A stretch of DNA of 64,000 bases from Hydrolagus affinis (lineage: Eukaryota): positions 1-64,000 of the forward strand of contig JAAILG010000680.1 of NCBI GenBank assembly GCA_012026655.1. The letters run 5' to 3'. Position numbers and translations under genes: made by a program. The notes under the pieces were generated by a model that worked only from the letters and a program-made list of their open reading frames with translations, did no database searches and was not told the origin of the DNA. Below are positions 24,901-37,640 of the stretch, in pieces (position 1 is the first letter of the stretch; each line of letters starts with the position of its first letter).

Positions 24901-27900
24901 AACTCAAGTGGTCATACAGGGGGTATTGTGTGTTAATGTACAGGGAACTTCACTGAGCTGTGTAATAGTTGGTGATATCTTGCCTGGGACAGGACTCATC
25001 GATGGTCAATTCATAAAGACTCTTCTTAGCTTCAGTATCGTACAGACGAACGATTCCCACTGCACTGCCCAGCAACAGCTGCAGGAGATGAACACATTGA
25101 AAAGACCAGCATCAACACACAGGTAAAGCTTCCTCAGTCAATAGGCATTTGCTCCTCCAAGAAGCCGTCCTTCCTAATCCTAATCCCAGTCCCTGCCATT
25201 TACTTTCTAATCCCTTTAATTGTCCAGTGTTTTAAATTGGTTCTAACGGAAGATTGTCTGAAATTCTGCTTTTACTTCAGGAAACCCAACTGGGAATGCT
25301 AATATTTGTTATCTCGACTTGATCTCCTTTGTCCATGACAGCAGCACTCAGCGTGTCACCGATGGCACTGTGACCCAGCTAGCAGAAGCCGTCGCTTAGA
25401 CCCTTCCCAATGCACACTGAGTGACTGAGAAAAACAATTCCTAGGTCCCCGTCACTCCACACTGTCACATGTACAACCCCGTCACTTTTTATTGTTACAC
25501 TGCACTAAACCACTCAGCATTTTATTCTGTTGAATATTGGGTAAGAAACAGAGCACATGAGAAAAGCAGCAGCAGCTTCTCACCAGTCGGTCTGGCTTTG
25601 TGGCCCACTCCAAGGAAAGCAACGGTGACTTTGACATTATGGTGGCCTTGGTCTGCATTGGGGGGGTTAAAGACCACACTTTGACGACTCCATCGATATC
25701 CAGGCTGGCCACTCTCCTCCCAGAGCAATCCACCCTGCAACACACAATATTTTCAGAAGCAGCCACTGCTAAGACCATCTCTGGCAATGTACACATCATC
25801 AGCACAGTGAGAGGCCATTTGTTCAACTCTCACTCTCCAGAAGTGGATCTCTCTCTCTAGAAAATTATCTGGCCCTCCCTCCAGCAAGTGAATCTCTTGC
25901 TACCTGTAAAAGTGGACCCCTCTTGGAAGTGAATCTCCTCCTCTCACTAGCAACACAATATCTTTCTCTCTCTACATCAAGTTGATCTTTCAATCTCCAC
26001 GAAGACCACCCACCCTGCACAACGCTTTCCCACCACCAACTTTCTCTCTCCCCCATCCTCTCTCTCCCTTCCTCCTGCAATGTGATTTCCCTGTTTCAGG
26101 TCTCGGGCCCACCAATACACCACTCACCTGCAGTGCATGATTGAGGAGTGGTGCTCTGCATACTCTTCCTGACTCAGGACAATGAATGGCTGCTCTGGCT
26201 TCCCCATCTCCGGGCAGGATTTCACTGATTTTGTTGGAGAGTCCAGTTGATCTGTAACTACCTCAGGTGTGCCTGTAATCTCAGGCTCTGAGCTGGCACC
26301 ATCAGGGTTCTGCCAATAGGGAAGGGCAAACAGTCACTCAGGACAAAATGGTGACATTATAGAATCTTGTCCAGCTAGATGCTACATTTTATTACTATTT
26401 TGCTGCTTTACTGTTTGTTGCCAGAAAAGCAAAGATCTCCAGCACAGAAGTGGGGCCTTTCAGTCCATTGTGTTTGTGCCACCTTCAACCTGAACAAATG
26501 GAAATATTGGATTCATCTGTTAGCATCATTAACGTCTTCAAATCAGGACTAGAAAAGATGTTCTGTTTTTAACTTTTATAAGCAATTTTGTGCAAGGAAT
26601 GGTATCCAGGAAATGGGACTCTCCAAGATACCTGGATGAAAGGGCCAAGCTCTGAAGGGAGGCTTGGCAGACTGGAGTTATTCTCCTTAGCACAAAGGAG
26701 GTTAAAGGTGATTTACATACACAGATTTACATATTTGATTCAAGTGTATAAAATAATGAAAGGGATTGACAGGTTAGAGAGTGGTATCTCTGGTAAAGGG
26801 ATTGCTAGAGAGGGCAGAGCCTGAAACTCAAGCGAGCCAGGACGTTAGAACCGAGGTCAGGAACCATTGTGAAGAATCGGAGCGCTCGACCCCAGAGAGT
26901 TACGTAGCCACAATCAATAGGAATGTTTAAAAGAGAGAGACTTGGGTAGTAGAGGTACAAAGAGATGTAGTAAAACGGTGGGGCATTGGGATTATGAGAT
27001 TGAACTCATTGGCTTCCTCCTCTTCCTGTTTTCCTATGATTCACGTGATCCTTCAGAAGAGAGAGAGCTCGGTATTGTCATGTGCTCTCTGTAGATCCAA
27101 GGTGTTAAAAGACTAATCTACTACTTTAATCCACTAATACAGGACCCAGGTCTGGTACATGCTTTTTACCACATGCCCAATATAAAGAAACTGCCAGCAG
27201 TGCCCTAACCTGAAGCATTGTCTTGCACTATGTTGGCTGGATCAGAAACCAACAGTCCAATGCCATACCAACTGGACTTCAACAGGGCCACACAAAGCTC
27301 TCCTGAAGATCTGGAAGATCTGGGCTGTGCCCATGTTACCTGGAAGGCAGTTTTGGATAAGAGCTCCTTCCGTTCTTTCTCGTGCTCCTGCTGCCTCCTC
27401 TTTCGCTGTTGCACGGTGCCAGGATCAACATTTGCGTTCGGCTGCACTTTGCTTTCTTTGGCAGCTGCGGACAACTCTTTGACTTTGATGGGCTAGAGGT
27501 TGTGGAGAAACAACAATCAGAGCCATTCTGTACACATCAGTGGGCTCCTGCTGCACTTCGCATCTCTGTCCTATTCCCGTCCAGAGCTGCACAAAACGTT
27601 CTTGCTAACTACCTCCTGACATCTTTGGTTTGTTACAGGACTTGCGTTTGAGATGTCTCAAAACACTTCACAGAAAATACTGCAAAGTGAATTAATTGCA
27701 TATTTTGTGGGCGAAATGTTGTTTAGGAACTACTGGGCTCAGATAACCACTGGACAGACTGCCACTCCAAATGACAGCCACACACACTTTCTGTGGGTTA
27801 TCTCACCCAGGAACAGCAAGACCAACCACGAGATGGGAACACACTATCTATGAAGAAACACATCTCAACTGTGTAGAATATTAGTCTATGCACTAAGTAT

Positions 27901-30900
27901 CTGAAGCACACAGCCTGTTCCATTATCAGTTATCAACATAGCCACACTTGGGACCCTAGTGGTTCCTTCTCGCTTCCGTCCACTGGGCATTAATATAGCA
28001 CCGCAGCTCATCTCTCCAATGCCCTGCCTATCACCAGCGGGTCACTGTCTGACCTTTTTCAGCACTGGAGCTACTCACTAACTCCACCCCACCCCCCCAC
28101 CTACCCCAATACAAAATTCACCCATATCAACATACTCCAGGCTTATCCGTGAGTATCTTCCAAAACACGTCGCCCACTGGCAATCGCTGAACATATTCAT
28201 CCCCTCGTAGAAAAGCGGCTCGATTGGAATCTGTTCCGTTCTCTGAACGTCTGGCTTCAGTCGTGGACTTACTGATTGTATGAAACATGCAACTGGTCTC
28301 CACGCCGTTATCAATCCCGAAATATGATCACATCTAAATCTGATTTTCTTCATTGGAAACACACTGCCAAGGATTTAAGAATTCCAATGACTAATTTGAT
28401 TGCCATGTATGCGCCCTCTCCACTGCTTTCAACCCAGTGATAAGTTGAATCAGATCTGGTCAGAATTCTGCAGTGTGGATCACAGCACTTTGTGAACAGA
28501 TGATCACTTCCTTTCAGTCCATCTCTTGATGTAGAAATCTTGCTCACTCTCCTCATTGCTGCCACACACTGTATTGATGGAATCAATGAGCTATCTGTAA
28601 ACTATCCCCAGATCCTTCTCCTGGGTTGTGTCCTGCAGCTTCTAATGTTAAGTGTACGTTTCTGCAGCTCATTTTCCAGTCAGTCTTATCACTTTACCTC
28701 AGCATCCATTTGTCAATCCGTTGTGTACTCCACCAAGTTCCCTCAAAATTCAGTTCACTTGCTTTCCATTAGCAAAATTCATACAATTTCACAGCATTGG
28801 CAAATGTAGACACTTTTTGGCTCACATTCCAACCAATTTCCATGCACTTTAAGAAATTCCAGCACAAACTCAAGGCCCCTAAATTATCTTTCACATAGAA
28901 TAACTATTTTGTATCCTTCACTAAGAAGGGCAGAAGACATCAGTGAATTTATAGATGTTGACCAAAAACACATGTTTAAGAGGGTTTTGGAAGCAGGGAG
29001 AGAAGCAGCAAATTAAAGAGGTTTGGGGAGAGTTTAAGAGTGGGGGTATGGGCACCAAGTTTGGAAAGGAATCTGTGAGGCTCATTCAGCAGGTGAGAGG
29101 CAAAAGAGTGGATGAAACTGGAGAGCAAAGATCCAGAGAAGATGTCAAAGATTAAAAAAAAATTGATCCTTGGATGTCTGATACATCCATGCTTAAGAGT
29201 ATCCAATACCAGATAAGTTCCATGCATGCCATCTACAAATGGGAAGTTTTCATGTCTGAAATGGAACACACTCCACCAATGTGCGTTGAGGTAACTGCAG
29301 GTGTCTAACCAGCTAAATCCGCATAGCTTGCCATTATGAGCACTGCCTGGCAAGCTTTCCCGTTCCTTATTATCAGGCATGTGGAGTAAGGAAACTTGAC
29401 CAAGGTTTCGCCCTGACTTGCTGGACATCTGATTTCAATGTGATGGGAAGATGGTTATAGGGCCCTTTGACATGTCGGCCACTTGATGTAGTTAAGGTCC
29501 AAGTTTAATGCACCAGAGGCCTAAACCATTGTGCTTCAAAGAAACTCATTGGGTGTAAGTTTTAAGATTTTTGTTATGTGATCATGTGCATTCCGACAGG
29601 TTGATTTTACAAGAGAATTTGTTCTGGTTTTTCACCTGATTGTTGGATCCGTCTTTCTTTCCCAAGGCCCCGGGGCTCTGTGGCAGCTGTGACAAGCCTG
29701 TGTGCAGCGAGCTTTTTGAAGGTACCTTTTTGCTCTGTGGAAGAAATGATGAGAGGAACGAGCCTGTTTTTGGCTGAGACAGCGCCAGTAAGCCCCTCTG
29801 ACTGGATAATAAGTCTCTGAAAATAAACAACATTGCATGTTGAAGACAAAAATAATCCTTACTTTTCATATAGAGCCTTATCATGCCTTCTTAAAGTGCT
29901 TCACAGTATATATTGTAAAGTGAATTTACTGTATATTATAGGAAAAATGGAGCAGCCAATTGCACATGGCAGTGTCCCACAAATAGTCGGTCAATTGAAA
30001 TGATCAATTTATTATTATTACTACTTTTTTGAACGGAATTATTAGCCAAGGAATAGTGACCCATCAATCAACTAACAACCGGGTTCCTACCCGGTAAACA
30101 GAGGTGTGTGGAGTAAGCAAACTTGCTCAACATTTCGGCCTGCCAGGAATCAAACCCAGGTCTATCTCTCACTTGCAAGGCAAGTGCTCTAACCATTGAG
30201 CTACAGCATTCCACGTGTTAACGGGGTTGATGTGAGCATGCGACCAACCAACCCTCTGACAAACTGGCCCAAGCGAACAACCCTACCTCTGACTGACTGA
30301 CTGACTGATTGAATGAGGATGGACTGACTGATCTTGACTGCACTAGCCTGAACAAACAAGCAACCTTATCAATCAAATGACTGATGTTAGTTGAGCAGGT
30401 CTGAGAAAGCAACATTGGCCGAGCTGGGCTGAGTGACTAATCCCAGCCAGGGTAGCAGTTGGCAAACCTACAATCAGGGGATTTCAGTTGAAACTGAAAA
30501 TCAGAAACCCTCCACATATTACACAGAGTGGTTCAAGATAATTGTATCCTGGCCAACAATCCCCCAAGACAAAATCAGTCTTTCGCTTCCTGGTTGATTG
30601 TGGGACACTGCTGTATACAAATTGGATGAAACATTTAGCTACAAAATACACTTTACGTTAACTGCCGGGAACCGCTTTAGGATGTCCTCTTGGCTTGATG
30701 GGCGCTGTGCAAAATGCAAGGATTACTATGATAGATAAGATGTTCAACTGGAATCAGATTCAGCAAGAAAATTGATTTAATGCTTTGGATTTAAGTGGTT
30801 AGAATGTTTATTGTCTGTTTTCTAGTGGGAGAACCCACTTCTGTTTGACTGCCTTTTATTTATGTTACTTACAATTCTGTGTCTCCAAGACGGTCCATGT

Positions 30901-33900
30901 TTTGTACGTAGTTAGGCAGTTTATGATGGATCATCTCCTCCTCCGATTTCTTCATTTTCTGTTCTGTTTGCATAGCAAACAGCTGCGGGAGAAAGACGGA
31001 ACGGCACTCTGATCAACACAGCTTAAAACATGACAGCCTCAATCAATTTCTAAGTTAATAGAAGCTTGAAGTGCACCAATGTGTGAGTCAGAGCAATTTG
31101 TTGTGTTAATCTAGTTTATTCACTTCACGGCCTTTGGTTTAAGAGATTTATTTGTCCCAAGAGATTTATTTGGCCACCGATCACTTGCTGGCATTATGGT
31201 CACAAAGATAGTTCATACTGTTATTTTGTGCTCCAACTTGGCTCAATTGATAGCACTCTCACCCAAATAAGAAAGTTGTGGGTCTACAACCCTTCGTCAG
31301 AACTTCCCAGTTCTGACGAAGGGTTGTAGACCCGAATCGTTGACTCTTTTTCCTTTCTCCATGGATGCTGCTTGACCTGCTGAGTTTCCCCAGCAACTTT
31401 TGTTTTTGTTTCAGATTCCCAGCATCTGTAGTATTTTGTGTTTTGTCTACAAATAAAATTGGTCATTTACTTTATGGCTGTTGTGGGACATTGCTGTGCG
31501 CAAATTGGTTGCCGCATTCACCCACTGTAGTCTATCCTGTGAACTTCTTTTGAGATGTCATGACAACATAAGACAATGTACCAAATGCAAAGATTATTGT
31601 TATTATCATGGATTACTGCAATTTAGTGGTTAGAGCTTTTGCCTCGCAAGCAAGAGGACCTGGAATCGATTCCCAGCAGGGCGAAACACTGGGCAAGTTT
31701 CCTTATTGCAAAGCATCTGTTTACCTAGCAGTAAGTAGGAACCCAACTGTTAGTTGATTGGTGAATTGCTTTTCCAGGGCTAATAATCCCTTCCAAAAAC
31801 AATAATAATAATTTGATCAATCAATTGGCTGCCACATTTCACCCACAAAAAGTCAATTCATTTTATATTATATTCTATGAAGCCACTTTGAGACTTCTCA
31901 GACGTATGCCGCTATATCAAATGGAAGGATTATTATTATTACCTCCTGCCCACTCACCACAAAACCCACAAGCCCCCCAAACTCTGGCCTGCTCGCACCA
32001 AACTCTAAGAGATTCAACTAAATTCTGTCTAAAGGACCAGTCACTTCTTTCTAGGAAACGTTCAATTGCACCGCTCTCTCTGTTGTTAAAAGAAACCATG
32101 AAGTGGTAAACATTGACACAAAATATAATGGGCCAAATGGCCTCCTGTGTGGCACATTTCTATGGTTTAAAGGCATCAAGTCCTACAAATGAACTCCTGA
32201 GTAACACTAATCAGTAGGAACCGTGGATCATGTCGGGTCCGAGTCCCAGAATTAAAGGGAATTCACGGCATTCTACAATAATCACTTGGCTAATGAACAC
32301 CACAAATTAGACCCTGATAATATTTCCAGCCCCACAAGATGTTACATTGAATATTTTGTAATGAGAACAACTTGCATTTTCTTTTTAATTTTAATCAAAG
32401 AATAACATCAATTTACAGGGCCATAGGAGGCCATTTGGTCCATCGAGTCTGCAATGGCTCTCCAAACAAAAAGTGAACTTTCAACTCCATCACCCTGCCC
32501 CATTCCCAAACCCCCTTCAAGCCTCTCATCCTTGCATTTGGTTGTGCATTCTTTCATATCTGGAAGACGTCACAAAGTGTTTTGCAGAATCCACTGTCAA
32601 GTGTAGCATCTGACTTTGCAGGCAAATGATCTGACACATGTAGAATCTTCAATGATACATCCACGGTTTCTGTTTCTTCCCTTCCCAACATTTCTGATTC
32701 CAGAGAGCTATTTTGGTCTGACACACGAAAACCCATCACCATTCCTAAGAGATTCCAAACTAGAAGTTTCATATGTGCATGGAAATTTCCCCATTTCTGA
32801 CATGTAACGCACTCTTGAGGGATGCACTTTGCTTATTTAATTTCAGAGAGTGGCCCAAGTTGGTGAGAACAAGGCTGAACAAGGCTTAGATACCCTAGAG
32901 TACATGTTCAGAAAAGTGCAGCAGTTTATCCAGGTAACATCAACATTGAGACTACTAAGTGGCAGGCTTGTCTAGCTGGGACCACTCTATCTATTAAGGT
33001 TTTGACATGCTGGGTTAACAGGAGACCAAGTAGAAACAATCCTTTTCCCAATTTCTGTGGATGAGCCAGGCTGTCCTGTGACATGCGGAGTGTTGCAGGT
33101 CCACCCAGCTCAGGAACCAGGATATTCATCGAGTACACAGGGAAGGGTTGATTCAATTCATTTGTTCCACTGGAGGCCTCCAACGTTTGCAATTCTGTGA
33201 AGAAAAGGACAGCCTTACCTTCTGAAGCAGGCTTTCATTTTCTTCCTGCAGTTGGAATGTCCGCTGCATTTCTGCATCAAAGTTCAGCAACACAGGAACA
33301 GGTAATGTAATATTAAAGAAATCAAGTACATTAAAAGCAATCTTATGGTCCAGCTTAATGACAATCTTGAAGGTGAACCTCCACATTCCTGGACTCAGTT
33401 AATGAAATATATAGGTTAGCTGACCAGTCCTCAGTTCCTTCCTCATTAATGTAACTGTAATCTTGGAGCTTGTCCAGTGATGGTTGACCAAATTAATACC
33501 TGGCTTGAAGGGCTAAGCTATGTGTGGCCTGGGTTTATACTGGTCAGAGTAGAGGTAGGTAAGATAGTAAACTACCCTATGGTAGAGAGATCATTACAAG
33601 TGGCAAAGCCTTAAACTCAGAGCCAGGACGGTTAGATGTTTAAAAAAGATAAACAGAAAGAGACTTGGGTAGTGGAAGTATTAAGGTGAAAGGAATGTGT
33701 GGTGCTGGGATTGAAAGATTGGGCAAGACCTAATAAACAGGCTTTTGATGGGATGAATAGCCTATATTTTTAAGTAAGCAAGTCTCCCTTCTATTTGCTC
33801 AAGCACAAGTCTCCTTTTCTCCTTTTTCCTCCCTTAGCGCACACCCACCTCCCACAATAACAGATAACAGCACACAAAGGATATGCATGCACTGGAACAA

Positions 33901-36460
33901 GACACTCAGGAAGTTGTGTAGTGACACCAAGAAGGTCTCTGCCCACTGTTTAGAGAAGTAAGTGGCAAAACCTGGGTTGGTCTCTGGGTTTGGAACAAAG
34001 GGGAGAATAAACCATTCCTTCCATTCCGGCTGGTTCTGCAACTCCAAGGCCAGTTTCTGGAAGAATTCATGTGTTTTATCAATCCGATTTGTCTGAAACA
34101 ACCAAAGGATATTCATTGTACCAAAAGCCCCAACAACATCATTCACTTACACAGCGCCCTTCATATAGACTAACATGGGGGGGGCTTCATAGAAATGGTG
34201 TTAGACATTGAACCTGAGAGGAAGGGGTAGGTGTCCATCGGTAAGAGTTTTTAGGTAGAATTTAAAGACAGTTGCACTTTCCTATAAAACATCCAGCCAC
34301 AGCATCTCTACTGAATCAAGGACAGTTGGAGCTGCATTGGAGAGTTTCGGGTTATGAACTCTTAAGCTCACTGGGGGTTCAGACTTTCTCAATGTCACTT
34401 TGGAGACCTGAGAAGTCTTTGTAGACCCTCTTAGGGACAAAATACTGTGGTAAACGGCATCAGAGAACTTGCTCCAAATGGTTGGCATGCAAATGGAGAA
34501 TTATAATTGAAGGTCAGCCTGATTCAGTCATTCTCACTCTCATCTCTCAGTCATTTGTACCTGGATTTCCTACAGCTTAGACTAAGATTTTAATGGAGTA
34601 CTGCATTATCAAAGGAACTGACTTTCGGATAAGACTTCATCCATCTTTGCTGTTCAGGTGAACGTTAAATGTTTCCCCGAGGTCCCAGCCAACAATATCC
34701 CAGCCAACAATATCCCACTCCCGCCACCCGATAAAATTAATCATTCACTTCATAGCTGTTAGTGAGACACTGCTGTGGTGCAAATTGGCTGCTGCGTTCG
34801 TCCACAAAATACAGGCATTACATTTTACAGCAACTCGTGTGAAGCACTTTGTGATGCCTTATAGTGAGAAAGCCTATGGTGGGGTACCTGGGCAGTGTGG
34901 ATCAGGTAGTGACGGTACAGGCTGGTCTTCAGTTTGTTGACGGTGTGACGATACACATCTTCCAGCCGCCTGAAAAGCTTGCGGTCCAGGTAGCTCCAAT
35001 AATCCCGTAAACCGTTCAGGTCATAATTCTGAATAAAATACTGCAGTTGCTCGACAATCTTATCAACCTGAATATAAAAACACAGAAGTCACAAGCCACT
35101 CAATAGGGCAAAACATGCACAAAATCTCCCCCACCCAACTCCCACAAATAAATTCTCCTGTAAACTATACTCGGTGTGCAATTCAGAGATAGCACCTGCC
35201 TTTTCAGTGGATATTAAAGATGCTACAACATTACTCAAAAAGAGAAGGGAGTTTCTCTCTCCCATTGTGCTGGCCACAATCCCCCAGATAAAACTGTTGA
35301 TTCACTCCATGGCTGTTTGTGGGAAACTACTGTGTGCCAATTGCCTGCTGCAATTACCTACAAAAATTGCTCCACTACACTTAACCCTGCGAAGCAATTT
35401 CAGATGTCCACTTGATGTGCTGTATCAAAGGTGAGGATTTATTATTTTATAAATTTTTGGATTAAAATATATAATAATCTACATTTGATACCACTGCTTC
35501 AGTTGCGACATCTCAAGGCACTTTGCACAATTTAGTATAAAGTGTAGAAAGTAAATACAGCAGCCAATCTGCACACATCAATATCCCACAAAATGTGAAC
35601 ATGACACCGCAAGAGAAACTCCGTTCACTGATCCAAGAGCATTATGGATCTTTAATGCCTGCAAAAACAGCAAAATTACATTTGTTTAGCACCTCTCATG
35701 TCAGGAGAACGTCTCAAGGCGCTGGACAGTTACTGCTTCAGACCCGAGCTAATGACAGGTGGGGTAGGGAAGGGGGGGCAAGGGCGGGCCTACCTATCAA
35801 TCACCGATAAATTACTAAGGATGGCATCCTGACAAATTAACAACCCTTCCCCCAGCCAGTATTGTACGAGAGTATCATCTTAGACTACGTGAGTTCAAGT
35901 CCGGATGTGGGGAATCTGTCAAGACCTCATAAACAAACATTGACGAATTGGCCTGATTTCATGGGCTGCTTCCATACAGTCCTGTAGCTCAGTGGTTACA
36001 GCAATCGCCTCATAAGTAAGAGACTTGGTGTCAATTCCCAGCAGGGCATTGGCAAGAAACCATGGGCAAGTTTCATTACTCCACATGCCTGATAATAATT
36101 CCTCAAGAAAAAAAATTGCTCACTTCAATCCACGAATGTTTGTGGGACACTGCTGTGCGCAATTGGCTGCCGCGTTTCGCCCACAAACATAAAGTCAATT
36201 CACTTTACAGTATATTCCGCGAAGCGCTTTGAGACGTCTAGAAGACGTGAAAAGCGCTGTATCAAATGCAAGGATTATTATTATTGTAAGTGATTGACCA
36301 GCCGCCACCGCAATCTCAAACCACATGCTGTACTCACTCGAAATCCTTTCTCTTTGTCCAATTTGCTCTCGGTCTCAAAGGCTTTGAAAGTGCTGGTGAA
36401 GCCTCGGTGAAGGAGGTACTCGCGGACAAGCGCGTCCGTGCGCTCCACTGCCGCGGCCAT
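21907..36460 (-). CDS. WDR91: WD repeat-containing protein 91 (endosomal Rab7 effector), complete, 15 coding exons, 738 aa
   Basis: Minus-strand exons 36338-36460, 34888-35067, 33885-34092, 33219-33301, 30873-30982, 29636-29816, 27340-27492, 26128-26309, 25584-25734, 24984-25078, 24294-24453, 23775-23883, 22949-23061, 22347-22544, 21907-22077 sum to 2217 nt in frame. Starts [21 protein letters not shown], contains [25 protein letters not shown] and [21 protein letters not shown], ends [20 protein letters not shown]. Confidence 0.96.
22170..22340. repeat. C-rich minisatellite (cccaccagcagaca...) in the last WDR91 intron
   Basis: About 6-7 imperfect units containing ccagcagac. Confidence 0.75.
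23122..23561 (-). mobile_element. Deu-domain SINE (SacSINE1-like), full length
   Basis: Minus strand: tRNA-like head (ggctcagt...ctctgagtcagaagattgtg), Deu core (ccagtgcagtgctggggagtgctgcattgttggaggtgcc...tcagatgagac), L2-like tail. Related copies at about 17110-17540, 39110-39450, 51330-51610 and 52115-52516. Confidence 0.75.
26600..27040 (+). mobile_element. CR1 LINE 3' fragment
   Basis: [15 protein letters not shown]...[13 protein letters not shown], typical of the CR1 RT C-terminus. Similar pieces at about 1780-2075, 12520-12800 (-) and 54430-54910 (-). Confidence 0.7.
29855..30210 (-). mobile_element. tRNA-derived SINE, long variant with an extra internal segment
   Basis: Reverse-orientation SINE containing ctgtttacc...ggaacccggttgttagttgattg, which the short copies lack. 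Confidence 0.7.
31280..31445 (+). mobile_element. second copy of the Penelope-type hammerhead element, with an inverted 5' duplication
   Basis: Near-identical to 19033-19164. Perfect 25-bp inverted repeat 31280-31304 / 31309-31333. Core GAAA is changed to GAAT (31334-31337). Confidence 0.75.
31615..31940 (+). mobile_element. tRNA-derived SINE, long variant with an extra internal segment
   Basis: tRNA head, ctgtttacctagcagtaagtaggaacc segment, Deu-like and L2-like tail. Confidence 0.7.
33302..33884 (-). other. U12-type (minor spliceosome) AT-AC intron of WDR91
   Basis: Minus-strand 5' splice site ATATCCTTTG, branch-point-like TTCTTTAAT about 10-20 nt before a terminal AC. Joining restores the conserved ...[15 protein letters not shown]. 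Confidence 0.9.
35978..36285 (+). mobile_element. tRNA-derived SINE (SINE2-1_CM-like), young CpG-rich copy
   Basis: Full-length copy ending about 50 nt from the donor of the first WDR91 coding exon. Confidence 0.85.
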
Positions 36461-36959
36461 TCCTCAGCTCTCAGTTCTGCACGTTGAAGAATCAAGAGGT
36501 TCATACGAGGCGTGTGTCACTCTCTCCCACTCCCCCCCCCCCCCCTCTGGTTCACTCTCTCTCACACACACACACAAACTTGTGCACGTATTCATGCACT
36601 TATTCCGGCACGCCGACTTGCAGTTAGATACAGTGCCCCTCACACAGGGTAGCTAGCGTTCCATAGCGCTGGACAGTGGCGGAAACACAGCGCCAGGCCA
36701 GGGGGGGGGGGGGGAGAGGGAGGGAGGTGACCGTAGGCTCGGTCGAAAAGGGAAGGTCTTCGGCTTGTGACACGAAGCTGGGAAAGGAAGGGGTTAAAAC
36801 GGAGGGATAGTGAAAAGAGAGTTCCAGAGGCGTCCCAGAGAGAGTGGGCAACTGTATCACACGCTCCCTCCCTCTCCCTCCCTCCCTCCCTCCGACTCAC
36901 ACCCTCTGACCCACACACTCACCCCGCCCTCTCTCCCCACGCTCAGGCTGTTGACACTC

Positions 36960-37100
36960 GGGGACGGTGACCAAAGGTCACATGCCGGGGAACCGGCCAA
37001 TGACCGAGCTCCTCCCGAGCTGCCGTCACCTGATCACGTAGAGCGCGGCATCGCCCCCATCACGTGACGCGTGTTATTGTTTTTCCCTGTCACATGACAG
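36960..37100 (-). promoter_or_regulatory. CpG-rich WDR91 promoter with clustered E-box/CLEAR motifs and a CCAAT
   Basis: GTCACATG 36977-36984, CCAAT 36997-37001, GTCACCTGAT 37025-37034, ATCACGTGAC 37059-37068, GTCACATGAC 37089-37098. CpG enrichment from about 36400 to 37070. An acceptor at 36477 and GTGAGT donors near 36895-36922 imply a non-coding first exon. Confidence 0.65.
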
Positions 37101-37434
37101 CTCCTATTCCATCAACCAGCCCAGAGCCTGGATAGAGCAGCGCCCATGTTAATAGCGTTAGAATCATCATCATCATAATAATGCTTGCATGTGATATAGC
37201 ACCTCATTTACGTCTTCTAGACGTCTCAAAGCGCTTCACAGAATACACCGTAAAGTGAATTGATTGTATATTTTGTGGGCGAAACGCGGCACAGCAGTGT
37301 CCAGCCAACCAGCAGAACACATGCCACAAGGTGGCAGCCACAACCTTGGTTCTTATGACTGGAGGTCACTGGCTGGAAGTTGCTGCTCCCTGGGAACCCC
37401 CTCATCGCCCCCCCCTCTTCCGTGATCACTAGGA

Positions 37435-37640
37435 GTGTGTGTGTGTGTGATTGTGTGTGAATGTGACAGTGTATGTGAGTGACTATGTGACTGCATGTCT
37501 GATTGTGATTGTGTGACTGAATGTGATTGTGTGTGAATGTGACAGTGTATGTGAGTGACTGTATGTGACTGCGTGTGTGATTGTGTGACTGAGTGTGTAG
37601 ATGTAACTGAGTGTGTATATGTGACTGTGTGTGCGTGACT
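37435..37640. repeat. TG-rich simple repeat/minisatellite
   Basis: gtgtgattgtgtgtgaatgtgacagtgtatgtgagtgact repeated. Confidence 0.85.
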
